Assembly: GCA_043228905.1 (NCBI GenBank)
Contig: JBHGNT010000016.1
Location: 868,001 to 932,000, forward strand
Direction: 5' to 3'
Length of the DNA: 64,000 bases
Source of the DNA: Azolla caroliniana
Taxonomy: Eukaryota > Plantae > Polypodiophyta
Shown here: positions 1 to 12,674 of the stretch, piece after piece
How the letters are laid out: each line of letters begins with the position of its first letter
Position numbering within the stretch: position 1 is the stretch's first letter
Notes under the pieces: model-generated
Told to the model about the DNA's origin: nothing
What the model saw: the letters and a program-made list of their open reading frames with translations, nothing else
The model's database searches: none
Program-made: the position numbers and the translations under genes

Positions 1-870
1 GCAAGCATACCCTCTCGACTTTTGTCCAGTGCTCAATGAAACCATTTGCATCGTCGTCATCTTCAAGCTCGAGTCTGATGACCATCCATTCCTTCCGGTC
101 GATCAACTTTACGAACAACGGGACTTTATCCAGTCTCTGTTCCCGCTCCGAAAGTTGAACAAAACGTCGCTTGAACTCTAAGAACGCTTCCATTGCACCT
201 TGATGGGTCTTCACCGATGTCACCCATTGATCGAACTCACACTGATCTTGTCCCTTAGGCCTCTCGAAGTCGTACATGCCTCCAATAGCGACTTTTCGAA
301 GGCCTCCCACGAACTATGAGCTTCTCAGAGCTCCTTTATCTCCCCATGCATTCGTACGGCTACCACACGACAACAGAAATACTCTAGCCTCATTGCTTCA
401 TCGTCATCTCAGCATTGTAGGCATCCAAAAAGAATGGGACTCAATCTCTGTTGAAATGGCCAACTCAATCGACCACACTCTTGACAGCTCGCCGCGTTGC
501 GTCTCGTTTCCTCTCTACCTATCCGAAGTCCATCACTATCCTTGCCATCATCTCCGCAAAGCCTTTATCTTCCATCCTCGTCCTCCCGTTTCGCGTCGGG
601 TTCACCAAAAGAGATGTTACGAAAATCCGTGGCTTGCGGGTCGACTCAGGTGAGACCACTAGGGTCTCGAACCGGAGAGGATGTTGATGGGTAACTAGGC
701 TTCGTCGATATTGATTACCCCAACTAGGGCTTCGGCCTAGTCGTCGTCTCTCCGTGGTGGATGCTTGTCAGCTTCGTCTGGTTTGGATGGCCAACTCCCC
801 TTCATTCTTCCAGGTTGGTCAAACCGGATCGCCTCCTGATCATTCAAATGGGGCTCCATGGTCATGACCT
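1..870 (-). mobile_element. Degenerate Ty3/gypsy-type gag region, continuing past the left window edge
   Basis: Minus-strand translation from 277 reads MYDFERPKGQDQCEFDQWVTSVKTHQGAMEAFLEFKRRFVQLSEREQRLDKVPLFVKLIDRKEWMVIRLELEDDDDANGFIEHWTKVERVC. Frameshifted fragments upstream read YNAEM, RLEYFC and MHGEIKEL. This resembles gag of LTR elements in non-seed plants (recognition, not a search). It sits just inside a candidate PBS and LTR. Confidence 0.65.
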
Positions 871-898
871 ACGCTTTGCAACTATATTGGCCTCCCTT

Positions 899-916
899 TC
901 GACTACCGCGACACCA
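899..916 (-). promoter_or_regulatory. Candidate primer-binding site of the gypsy element
   Basis: Minus strand TGGTGTCGCGGTAGTCGA begins with TGG directly after the putative LTR end and precedes gag. The priming tRNA was not identified. Confidence 0.4.
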
Positions 917-1091
917 GATAAGAAATCGAGAGAGAGAGAGAGAGACACACACACACACACACACTTATACAAAGAAATCGGCAAGGGAGAAAGCATGACA
1001 AACATCTAACACAGAAAGTGATGCATTATGCACAACTAAAAGTACATACCTAAAACAGTTGCTTACACCCCAGACTTCGAGCCAAACCAAA

Positions 1092-1470
1092 AAGAATTGG
1101 ATACAATGAGTATCTACAAGCAAGCCTCCAATCGGGGAGCTCTCGGGCTCGCAACTACGAGTGGAGGCCTTGCACATTAGTCTACGAAGAAAATAGAAAC
1201 CTTACGAGCATTTGAGCTCAAGAAACTCTCGACGAATAGAGAACCTATCCACCAAACCCTAACTCTAAACACCCCAAGAACGAACTAGATACAACGAGTA
1301 TCTACATGCAAGCCTCTAGTCGAGGAGCTCTCAGACTCACAATTGCGAGTGGAGGCCTTTGCACAATAGTCTACAAAGAAAACAAAAACCTTACAAGCAT
1401 TCGAACTCAAGAAACCCTTGACAAATAGAGAACCTTTCCACCAAACCCTAACCCTAAACTCCCTAAGAAG
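1092..1470. repeat. Two diverged ~188-bp tandem copies inside the LTR
   Basis: GATACAAYGAGTATCTAC...GAGTGGAGGCCTT...CCACCAAACCCTAAC occurs at 1100 and 1288. Confidence 0.85.
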
Positions 1471-1527
1471 GGATTACACCCTAATAGAAAAACCAAAACC
1501 CAAAACTGAAAAAAACCTGATCCCTAT

Positions 1528-2228
1528 GATTCGTGAGAAAGATCGACTAGGAAATACACAACAATGTGGAAAGACAAAAAAAACAGCAAATGCATAGTAC
1601 ACAATGATTTACGTGGAAAATCCTAAACAGGGGAAAAAACCACGGGAACAGAGATATTCCACTATACAATAGAAATACAAGAGGGGACGAAAATACAACA
1701 CTCTCTAAACATAGTGTATCAGACACGCAGGGCTCTTGGCATCTAAGCTAACTCAGTTATGGCGCCTCTCTCTCTCTCTCCCTCTCTATGCACAACCCTT
1801 CACCAGGTTCTGCAACATTGTGCTACTACACTGCAGAAACTCTATTCTGCTACAATTTACTCTGCAACTGCACACTCTCTCTGTTTGCCTAGTGTATTTA
1901 TACTTATACATTGTATGGGCTATTTACAAATGTAACCACTGCTACTGTCATTCCAATTATTCTATTAAATAACAATAATAGTTTAATCAGTCGATTGCCC
2001 AGTCGACCTGGTTGTCAACCCTCTGGTCGGCCCGACTAGTCGGTCGTGTCTTTGACTTGGATCACACATATACTAATATGTATATATATTGTCGATTCTT
2101 TGTGTCAACTCCCCTTTTCATCAATAGTTGACTCTCAACCCGACCAGTCGGCTACTCCTTGTCTTCGACTATCAACTCTTTGAGTCCGACCAGTCGGCTC
2201 CTCCCATAGGAGGTACATATTCCTAACA
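1528..2228 (-). mobile_element. Nested solo LTR, probably Ty1/copia-type
   Basis: The right end reads TGTTAGGAATATG on the minus strand. It contains GATTTACGTGGAAAATCC...GGGGAAAAAACCACGG, a motif typical of plant LTR U5 regions. The flanks CCTAT and CTTAT are a 4/5 match. The left boundary is uncertain (1527-1534). Confidence 0.5.
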
Positions 2229-3769
2229 CTTATAAGAGCCCCTTCCTCTCTTTTTATAGTTCAAGGAGGGAAGGCTATTACAAAGTCGGTCAAATATTCC
2301 TCTCTTTTCAGAGAGGTTTTCTTGTCTTTATTTAAGGAGTGATTGAAGAGGTACATTAAAACCATGTTACTTTCACACTTCCCCAATACCCACTACGTGT
2401 GCATGTACACATCACATTTATTCCTCACTAACTCTTCAGCACTTCAGCACCCCTTTACATTTACCCTTTATTTCCATTTACAATTTTGTTATTGTACATG
2501 TGCAATCGTTGCACATCCCTGTTTTATTCGCCTCTTCCGATTTTCCCACCATTACTGAAAATCTTCACGACACCGTTCTTCAATTGTTGAGCACTTGGTT
2601 GTATCATGGCATAGAGAGAGAGAGTACAAATTGAGCTTGCGCAATCACGTAGACACATTAGGTAGAAAAACATGGTACAAGCATTACATAGGGGTCCAAA
2701 TGACTTAAACAACTTAAAGTTAAAACCATAGACTCGGCATCATGATGGGTAAAAGATAGTGAATATCATATAGTATCCAACACGTTCAACACAAAGAATA
2801 TATTTCGGTACATTTATTACAAAGCAGGCTTCACATACATTCTCCAATGAGTGTTCATACACAAGGTGTGTGGTTGAGCTTTAACTTTTCAATTGGCCCT
2901 TTCAAAGTCAATTGTGTCGAATACTCGATGTATAAGCTTGATAGATAAAGTAGACGTAGGCTAGGTGCCCTTAAAATTTGTCCCAAGTTGTTTACATTAA
3001 GTATCCTCGTTAAAATATTTATCATCAAATAATCAATGCACACTTATTGGAGATCCACATCCCTTGCTACAACATGCTCGTGGATGTAGTTATTATGCAC
3101 ATTCATGTACTTTCGTGCCAACATGAAATTTCTAGATTATGGGCAAGTTGAACATGATTGCTAGCTACATGTGGTTTTGATCCTCTCGAATGAGGTTAAC
3201 ATTTGTTAGAATTTGTTAAATTTTGTACTAGCGTTTAAGACCTAAGTAGACCACTATTATGCTAGATACTTTCTTATGTTACTCTCCCTGACCCACCCTG
3301 TACTTCTTGCTCCTCTCAAACAAATGTCTATTTGGTTATGAAAGTTGATTTATTGTGAGGCTATGTTGGACTTCCTTTGCTTGCATTTTCACTTTGTATT
3401 GGTTTATGTCCCTTGGTGATGTTCAATGTGCTACGCAAATATTTGAGCATGGGTGACTCTCACACCCACTTAAGATGGTATGACTTGCAAGAAGTCCATA
3501 GGATTCCTTTTCTTTTTCTCGGGGAAGTTGAGGACCATTTGATAAATTGATAATAGGATTTTTACTACAACTACACAATCGATTCTTGAGATTGTTGATG
3601 AGGTCCAAAGGTTGGTTTGTATTGTGAAGAAGTTGTAATTTTCTCATTTTTAGTTCTTTTTTTTTCCCAAAAAAACATCTTTTTCATTAGTAGAAACTTG
3701 TACATCCATGACAAAATGATTACACTAACAACCTTGTAAAGGCTGTTGTCGTGGTAGACCAATAAAAAC

Positions 3770-4600
3770 TACAAAGAGTCATAGTATAAAAGTACAAAGA
3801 ACGGTGAACACCTACAAGAATGTTCTTTCTATCACCTGTAATCATTGGCTTAAACACTGAACTATAATGAAAACATTGCAGGAGACTACCTTTCGAAATG
3901 GAAGCATATCCAACAGTTCATGTACTTTCTGTAAGACTCCACGCGTATCATATAGATCAAGCAATGCATTGTTAACAACCTGGTTTCTCTTCAGCCTGCC
4001 CATCTCCTCAATCTTTACCTGCATTTCTTTGCCCTTTTCTAATGCTCCAATGCAAGATTCAACCTGGTTTTGAATTGGAAACATATCCTATAATAAGAAC
4101 ATTGCAGTAGACTATCTTTCGAACGGAAAGCATAAGAAACAATTCATGTATGTGACTTCATCTCCAGAATTTCATTGAAGTTGCATCTTCTTGACTTGAT
4201 CAACGCATCCTCACCTTGCTCCTCTTTTTGCTTTTTCAAGTGATCCAACATGTCAACTATTCATCTGAGATGATCCCTTGACATTGCATATGCTATAAAC
4301 CTTCGAACTATCATGAAGACCAGTTGTGCTAGTAATGCCTTCCATGGCACCACATCACGAAACGAGACCTTATGGACTACATCTCTGACTTTATCTATCC
4401 CAACAACTTTTGAATACATATCCATTAAATAAAAAATAGTACTCTCCACTGCCCTCTTTCCACAAATATGTGCATGTATTTGTTGGCCATTTTCACAACT
4501 TTCAGTTTATCACAAGCTTTTGGAAGCACAAAGACAACATACTTTGTAGGTGACAGGTGTTGCATATGTACAAGCCAAACTTTCCCTGTTGCCCTAGAGT
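3770..4600 (-). pseudogene. Decayed PLS-class pentatricopeptide repeat (PPR) gene
   Basis: Broken frames encode VVNNALLDLYDTRGVLQKVHELLDMLPFRKVVSCNVFI, LMDMYSKVVGIDKVRDVVHKVSFRDVVPWKALLA and ENGQQIHAHI. These match the PLS consensus (ALVDMYAKCG.L.KA..VFD.LP.RDVVSWNALI). Multiple stops and frameshifts are present. Confidence 0.75.
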
Positions 4601-4699
4601 TGTTTCCTTCAATCGCATTCTGTTGAAGTTCTGAATAACAGTCTTCTGGATATAATAATTCAGAATATACTTCGCTGAATACAACTTACATCTGCAAAA

Positions 4700-6030
4700 G
4701 AAAATGCTTCTAATTTCGTCATCCCCCCATAAAAGATTGCTTCAGCCCCCAACAACGTCATCACTCATCCTTATCAAACAAAGAAAACATGCTTCCTTTT
4801 CCCCAACCAACATGTCACTGACTACCACAAACGTCCACAGCAACCATCTTGCCATAGCATAGCAAAACCTGTACATACCAAACAAAAACCTAATGATACT
4901 ACTCTCTTAATCCCCTAATGAAATTCCGCTTCTTCCCCCGACACCAATGTCACTCATCCTTTACAATTTTCTTTGTTTTCCACATCAACCGTCTGTTCGT
5001 TGGCCATTGAATTCCTATACAAACAGAAAATAGAGTGAATGTGCTATCCTCATCCCCTCATAAAAACATTGCTTCAGCCCCCAACACCACCATGATTCAC
5101 TCATCCTTAAAAATAGAGAATTTGCTTCAATGACCACATCAACCATCTCAATTTATACCACCGAGAACCTGTACCAAAAAAACAGAAGGAGCTTACTCTA
5201 CTAATCCCCTCATGAAATTATGCTTCATACCCCTACACCATCATCGCTCATCATCTACAAAAATGTGTTATCCTCATCCTCACCAAGTTTCTTCGTTACC
5301 ATCTGTGCAGTCCATAGAAAAACATTGTGACACTACTCTCTTAATCCCCTCATGAAATTCCGCTTCTTCCCCGAACTCCAGCGTCACTCATCCTTTACAA
5401 TTTTCTTTGTTTTCCACATCAACCGTTTGATCGTTGGCCAGTGAAGTCCTATACAAACTGAAAATAGAGTAAATGTGCTATCCTCATCCCCTCATAACAA
5501 CATTGCTTCAACCCCCAACACCACCATGATTCACTCATCCTTAAAAAATAGAGAATTTGCTTCAGTGACGACATCAACCATCTCGATTGCTTCAATTATG
5601 CCTCATCCCCCTACACCATCTCATCCTCTACAGAAATGTATTATCCTCATCCTCTCCAAGTTTCTTCGTTTTCCACATCAACCATCTCGATTTATACCAC
5701 CGAGAACCTGTACCAAAAAAACAGAACTTGTACCAAAATTGTGCTTCATCCCCCTACACCATTGTCAGTCATCCTCTACAAAAATAGAATGTGCTTCATT
5801 TTCCTCATCAACAATGTGCTTCATTTTCCACCTCAACCATCTGTTCGTTCACCACCTAAAACCTGTACAAACAAAAATAGAGTGAATGTATTGTCTGCAT
5901 CACCTCCTAAAAATTTGCTTCAACCCCCGACAACACCATCATTCATCCTTACCAAATAGAAACCATCACCATCTCACTATGTACCACTAAAGTCTTGTAT
6001 CTACAAACAAACTTAATGCAACTACTGTCC
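4700..6030. repeat. Diverged higher-order tandem repeat, ~433-bp period built from shorter related subunits
   Basis: CTACTCTCTTAATCCCCT.ATGAAATTCCGCTTCTTCCCC occurs at about 4899 and 5332. TGCTTCA.CCCC..CACCA and CCACATCAACC.TCT recur many times. Confidence 0.8.
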
Positions 6031-6499
6031 TAATGACAAATTAATATGGACTTCCTATTTTCTCATTTTTAGTTGACGTTGAAGTTGAAGAGTAAAGTAA
6101 ATAATAGCAGATATTGGGGACTTCTAGCATGGGTTTTGAAGGTCTAAATGATGTCGTACCATTTGTTACTTAGATTGTACTATATAGACTATATGAAGTT
6201 TCTTGATGACTTTATCATTGAGGTTTCATGATTGTGGTATCTTGAGGTAAGCCATATTTGGTGTTGGTCTATTGAAAAAAAACTATGTTTAGTCCTAAAT
6301 CTTAAATGTCACTATTAAATTGAGACACACATATATCTTATATGGACTTAGAAATATAATATGGTCTATTATTTATAGCATTGTAATTGTACCTATTTTA
6401 GATTGTAACTTTGTTTCGGAAAATGACATGAAGTATTTAACATAATATATGTAAAGTACATATTTCACATCATTTATAAAAAGTTAAATGCACAAAGAC

Positions 6500-7440
6500 G
6501 CGTCATCAAAACTTGCCTATGATAAACGATTTATAGATGATGCATATGGATTTTGTCAAAATAATAAAGGTTTACTTCAACATTTCCTAAGCCAATATGT
6601 CTTTGACCTACATCATCATATTAAGATAACCACATGTAGCTCAAAGCAAAGTGTGGATTTTTTGGATGTGACAATATCAATAAATGAAGATTTGTACATT
6701 ACAATGAAGTTGGGTATTAGTTGTTTACAAAAACAACTATATCTATACCAATACTTACCCTTCATATCATCTACACTACCCAAAATTCCACTACTTAAGG
6801 AGTGAGCTTTAATAAACATTAGGAAACTTTTGTTTCAAAGACTTCATGCTCAAGGTTACCCATCTAAGTAACTCCAAAAATGTCACTTATGACATGCGTA
6901 AGGAGCTTCTATCAAACCATCTAATCATTGTTGTAAAAAAACCATAGTCCTCTTGTATTAAAATTAACATATTCTAAGTGCACTAAGAATCTCTAACTAA
7001 AAAAGATTTTTTTTCACATGTTACACAAATGGTTTCCAAAGGAACCCAAACTTATTACTTACCTTCAAAGGACCAATGATTTATTGGTTAAACACTAGAA
7101 ACTTACTATCTTTTTTTATCAATACTTAATTGTGAAAAATGTAATACACGTTTGTAAATAAGGGCATATAAGACCCTTTACTTATCTGAGTCGCTATCAT
7201 TAAAGAAGTATTGTAAGGAAGGGCATTGCAATAAGATCCATTGTTTATGTTGCCTTCTATAACGTAGTTGATATTGCATCATGATTCATGTAATCGTAGA
7301 TTGCTATAATCACCATTCTAGAGATAATCCATATTCTAGAAAGATTAAAGACCATTATATTGAGCACCAACATTCATCACGAACAATGACAGATAAGAAA
7401 ATACCTTTATAAGGATTTGTAACTTGAAATTTAATGGTCA
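6500..7440 (+). mobile_element. Penelope-like retroelement remnant (RT C-terminus, thumb, GIY-YIG endonuclease)
   Basis: Motifs in order: KRFIDDAYGF (catalytic DD), IKITTCSSKQSVDFLDVTI, QKQLYLYQYLPFISS, RKLLFQRLHAQGYP (~6820-6862), ITYLQRTNDLLVK, then CEKC..L*IR (~7130-7165), read as a decayed CxxC..YIG motif. This is the motif order of Penelope-type RT-EN proteins. Confidence 0.7.
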
Positions 7441-7786
7441 ATTCACTCATGAGCTTACAAAGAAGTTGAATTGGTTTGGCTATTAACCTCTCCCTTTTTC
7501 GTCTTTGATTTGATTAATGCAAATCTAGTTATTTTTTTAGCCTTCTTGATATCTAATTTGTTCCCAATATTTCTTTCTTTTTACTTACCCTTTCCTCTAA
7601 AAGTAATCTAATTACTCTTCTCTTAATACTATCTTTTCACCACCCTACATTCCTCATTACTCATTTTCCTTTCATTAGTTTTTTCCCATTATCTTCTCTT
7701 TATCATGCACCTGTTCTCTCCTCCACAAGCTTGGTTAGTTCCCAAGCCGCACACACTCCATTTTAACACCAAAAATGTCACATTGG

Positions 7787-8022
7787 CACAAAATGTGATC
7801 TTCCATGTAAAGATAAAGCATATAAGATGCAACATTATTCCACACAAGTCTGCATCGAGGAGAACCAAATTACATTGTGAAAGATCTCTCCAATGATCGT
7901 CAAAGTGCAATTATATTTGCATAAGATGTGGTTTTCCATGTAGAGGAAAAGCACATCGAGATGTGGCATCACTTCACACAAGTATGCATTGAGAATAACT
8001 AGATTGTAGTGCAAATGATGCA
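7787..8022. repeat. Two diverged ~133-bp tandem copies downstream of the Penelope-like remnant
   Basis: ATGTG.T.TTCCATGTA.AG..AAAGCA...CACACAAGT.TGCAT.GAG occurs at about 7793 and 7926. Confidence 0.65.
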
Positions 8023-11000
8023 CATATCAGACAATCATGAATGCACAAATGGAGGCTCTCTCTATTGCCCATTTTGGACATTATTAGAACTTATACAAAC
8101 TGATGAAGTGTCAAAATCGATGATCATGTTTCAAGACCTTGTACATGCCCATCATATAGGAATGAAGGATTCCTTGATCAAATGAATGTAGATACCTAGA
8201 TGAGGTGGGTATAGGGGGTGGGGTGCCTACACATTGAGCATGGAAAGTAGTTGCTTACATGTACATGTGTGTAGATGAATTTCGTAGACTCTCGATTGTA
8301 TGTTGACCTTTGATAGAAGATGTATGCATATAGAGCACTCTTCGAGGGAATGATTGATTTGGTTGGCCTAGTGTAAGGCCTCCAAGCCCGAAAATATATA
8401 TGGAACATAGGGAACTTAAGTTTTGGAAGAGATGTTAATCTTCTTGTGTTCTTGTCATATTCTAGAGTGGCACTAGAGAACTCTTGAGCATTACTTTTAC
8501 CTACTATTACAAATAGTGAAGCAACTATCTTCACCATTGTGAAATGGATCTTTGTACTATTACATTGTGAATTTGAGTGTTATATTACACTTTTAATTTT
8601 GTCATTTGTAGTGTTCATTTTAATTTTCATGGAGGGGGGGGGGGGGACAGACTTTAGGTCTGAGGGATTAGGTTATCTTGGGTCACCATAACTCTAACAC
8701 AACCAATCTTGTGGGCACAACAAACTACAACAATAGGGTGAAACTAGTCCTCTTGGGAATGGCTTTGCGGCCATCCATCTATAGAAACAACATCGTTGTT
8801 CCAACCATTGAGTGAACAACAGGAAATCCTTAGCCCATGGGGCCTCCAACTAGCTTGCAATGTTGTTGAAGAACTTTTATGATTGTCCACCCTTGTCAAA
8901 ACTCTAGTGATTCCAATGGTACAAGTAATTATTAAAGAAACTATTCCATTAAAACACTTCCTTTTGGAATATGTCGTGGCTAACCTCCATCTCTATATTG
9001 TGCAACTATGCAAACATGGGCCATCCTTAGATGCCTATTCAAAAAGTGTTGATTATATTGCAATGCCGTAATGACATAAATAATTCGCCGACAAGGAGAC
9101 CATGTACTTTTGTCAAGGAATGGATGGTCCAAACTGCACAATGGTATACATATATGCATGACCACAATATTAGGTCACATGGAGAGGTTGAAAATTAGTG
9201 TTAATGTTGGAGATAGGGATTTCACAAGGGCAGGTCCTTCAATTCCAAGCCAATCTTAGCAACCTCCAATTACTCATAAATTATCAAGAAGTCAATGAGC
9301 CACGAAACTTAACTACCAATAGCCTTGGTTGAATATTCTAATAGTGCAAGACTTCAAGAAGTTCAAAGAGGAATGATAAATATGTGGAGTTTAGACAAAT
9401 CAACTAAACAAGGCTATCATGTAAATGTATTACTGTATTCAATTGTAGTTCGTTCATTATTATTATTATTATGCCAAAAATAAACTGCTTCCATTAGTTA
9501 AGGCAATGTACATAGGATAATATACAACTCATATCTTACAGGCCAACTTGCATGGCGAAAAAGAAAACATGTATAAAGGAATCAACAAAAAACTCATAAT
9601 CACCACATCATCTGCTGAGCATAGAATTACTCGGCCGCATACCCTCAATGTGAGCCTCATACAACCCGAATTCAGCATAGACATCCTCCAATCTCTTCGT
9701 TCATTATTATTATACATGGATTATTATTTTTGAACTAGTCAATTTCATAGTTTGAAAATGTGAGATAGGTAAGATTTTATGATATAAACATATGGATATG
9801 ATACATTGATCGTGTCACACAATAATCTAAATCATATGAGACTTATAATGAATGTCATCAATTTGTACAAATTAGTTTCTAGAATGTAAACATTAACAAG
9901 TCCAGACTCTTCTTTTGAGACTTTATCAAACTAGTATTAATCCAAATGGAATGGCTAGACACTTTGTTTATATGTTTGGATGGATCGCTCCAAAGGAAGA
10001 GAAGGTTCAATGGGTTCTTCAAAAAATTGATACAAAATATAAGGTTTTGGAATATTTAAAGCACATAAATCAGCATTTCCATCTAATCTCTTGGTCTTTC
10101 TCGTCACCATCACATTGCATGATTACCTAATTTCACACATTTGATTCATCCAATCTTGCCCAACCATCCATTCATTTGATTCATTCCTCACATCCTTGTA
10201 TATGCACATTTGTCCAACGTCCACAACAAAAAGCTAAAATCAGCTTGAACTGTCATCCTCTCCCTTTCTTCAGTCAGTGGGCCTCCGTATAAGATGGAAT
10301 TGTCGAGTCCCTTATGGGATTTGTACATATATTACATTCACAACTATACAATTTTATAACTAATAGGAGTTTTGTTTTTGGAAAAAAAAAAATCAGCTCA
10401 AGATGTGATAAATGTTTAGTGTAATTTATTAAGCCTCAATGACATAGTACGCCATTATAGCCTTGGGCATTGTTATTGATCCATATGATATAAGGTGATA
10501 GAGTTTGTGTGCTCAATAGCATATGTTTCTTCATTTAGAAAGAGATTATATGATTCACATTTGGTGTCAAATGAAGGCAACATTTTTATTCCAAAGGACA
10601 TTATTAAAACACATTCAATGTATAGGTTGTTACACAACATCCATGAGTAAAGTGTTATTATGATGGATAGGTTGCTACAACCTTTAGGATTGCAAGAACT
10701 TGCAAATCCTTTGTAGTAAGTAGTGCATGGAGCTCCGTACTTACCCGTAACCAAAGGGTAACTCCTATCTCATAGGGTTGAATCTTCAATGCGAAGAGAC
10801 AAAATTGTGACAATGTGCATGATGCGTTGAAGAGTTTGAATCAATATTACATTTCCTTTGGTCCTACTAAATCACCAAAGCATACAAACAAAATACAAAG
10901 TGCCGATATTTTACGTAAATTTCCTAGGTAGAATTTGAGAAAAACTTATTATTGTCGAACAATTTCTACTTGGCTTACTGAACGTTGTATGTTTCTTCCG

Positions 11001-12621
11001 ATGGAGAAGGTTTTGGGTAATTTGGACAATTAAAATGGTTTGCAATTGTGTGCTTTTTGGTTAAAATTGGTTGCAGCTTCTTCAAGCAATCCCTCAGTCA
11101 ATCTCTATTTGATTGTCTAAAACTCTTGGACATCCCCCTTTAAACTTACACTCTTTACTTTGAGTTCCTCTAAGCAATTTAGTGTCTAATGGACACTTTG
11201 TATGGCCTCTCTTTATTCTTTGCTAGTTTTCCACTACTAGTCATACAACTATTACTTAGGTGAAAAGGTTTTATCATAAACAATGTATTTTCTTAAAGAT
11301 AATGTGGTGGCACTGCAATTACTTGAATATAGACTTTTGAAAGAATAATGGATGCTAACATCATGGAAAGTGACATAGTGCAAAGGTCAAGCGTATTTTT
11401 TTTCATGAGCATTATAAGTTGGCTAATGAATAAAAGATTGTTAGTGGAGACATGGGAATAGCTCTAGCGAAAGGAATTGTGATGCATTGGATTTTTACAT
11501 GTAACTTTTGCCATTTGATTGATTATGTTCCTATTGGAAAAATTACAATATTTTTTAATTTCAAAGTTTTTGATTATGTGAAATCAAATGATTCATAATT
11601 GATAGTGGTAAAATTGACATTACCTCCATACAACACCACCTCAAACATGGCTTGCAGTACATGTCTAGATATTTTAATATTGTTAGCTAACACTCTTAAA
11701 CTCCATTTCTCTTAAATGACAACAAAAGTAGTTCCACCTTTAAATATTTACCTGTCACATGACATATTGTAAGATCTTCTATTGTTGCGAATGTTAAAAG
11801 TGTTTCAAGAGAGTGAAATCATAGACATGTTTCTCGATACTATTACACGTAATAACTACACAATGAACTTTACTCATCATATTAGGAGTAATATTGATAT
11901 TATTACCCTTGGTAATTTCCTCATCATCATTGTATACCTCGATAAAAAGAAAGGGTACCTTTTATGAAATTGAATAACTAGTTACAATGATAACCATGCT
12001 TGTTTTCAAAGCTAATAACCGTGCTAAAAAATGAGCGCGTGATTAATCATCTCAGAAGAGGGTATTTGATCACATTCATAATATGTTTTTGATCATGCAC
12101 ATATTACAAGGGGTTTCATGCCCATAACATGGATTAAGTGTCTTCGTGATAGGCTATTAATCACACTCATTATGAGACTAAATAAAGGTGTTTTGAGAGA
12201 CAAGGAAAAAATCACACACTCGTGATGGATGATGCTCGAAACCATTGGTGTATGCACATAAAAAGTAAAGGAGTTTTCAGAGATTGAGAAAATCACACAC
12301 GGTCTTCACCAATAAAGCGGAGAATGACTTGACCATGAGCTTTATATATGCATATATAATAATGATTAAGTAGAGTAGGGATACAAAAAGACATGGATGG
12401 GATATAAGGAAGGGGGGGTTACTCTTGGAAGGAGCCCTACCCTACTACAAGTGGCATGATGGACATCAAGGGGCTTGTTGACCAATGTATATAAACAAGG
12501 TGGGTGGGGGGGGGGTGAGGGTTTGAGGGAGACGTGGGCAAGAGGGACTGCACAACATTTAAAACAAACAATCTTAATAAAAGTCATGCGACCCATTGGA
12601 CCTAGTAAACATGGATTGGCC

Positions 12622-12643
12622 CATACATACATACATACATACA

Positions 12644-12672
<29 letters not shown>
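12622..12672. repeat. (ACAT)n microsatellite upstream of ARO
   Basis: Directly visible. Confidence 0.95.

Positions 12673-12674
<2 letters not shown>

Larger units (their letters stand above)
917..2572 (-). mobile_element. 5' LTR of the gypsy element, interrupted by a nested solo LTR
   Basis: Minus strand begins TGTCGTGAAGATTTTCAG at 2572. A TATA-like CTATAAAAAG lies at about 2250-2260. The LTR ends at the candidate PBS, but the terminal CA is decayed. Confidence 0.5.

Noticed and set aside
1255-1460. AAACCCTA telomere-like motifs
   Set aside because: Isolated one- or two-unit telo-box-like motifs within the LTR duplication, not an interstitial telomeric array.
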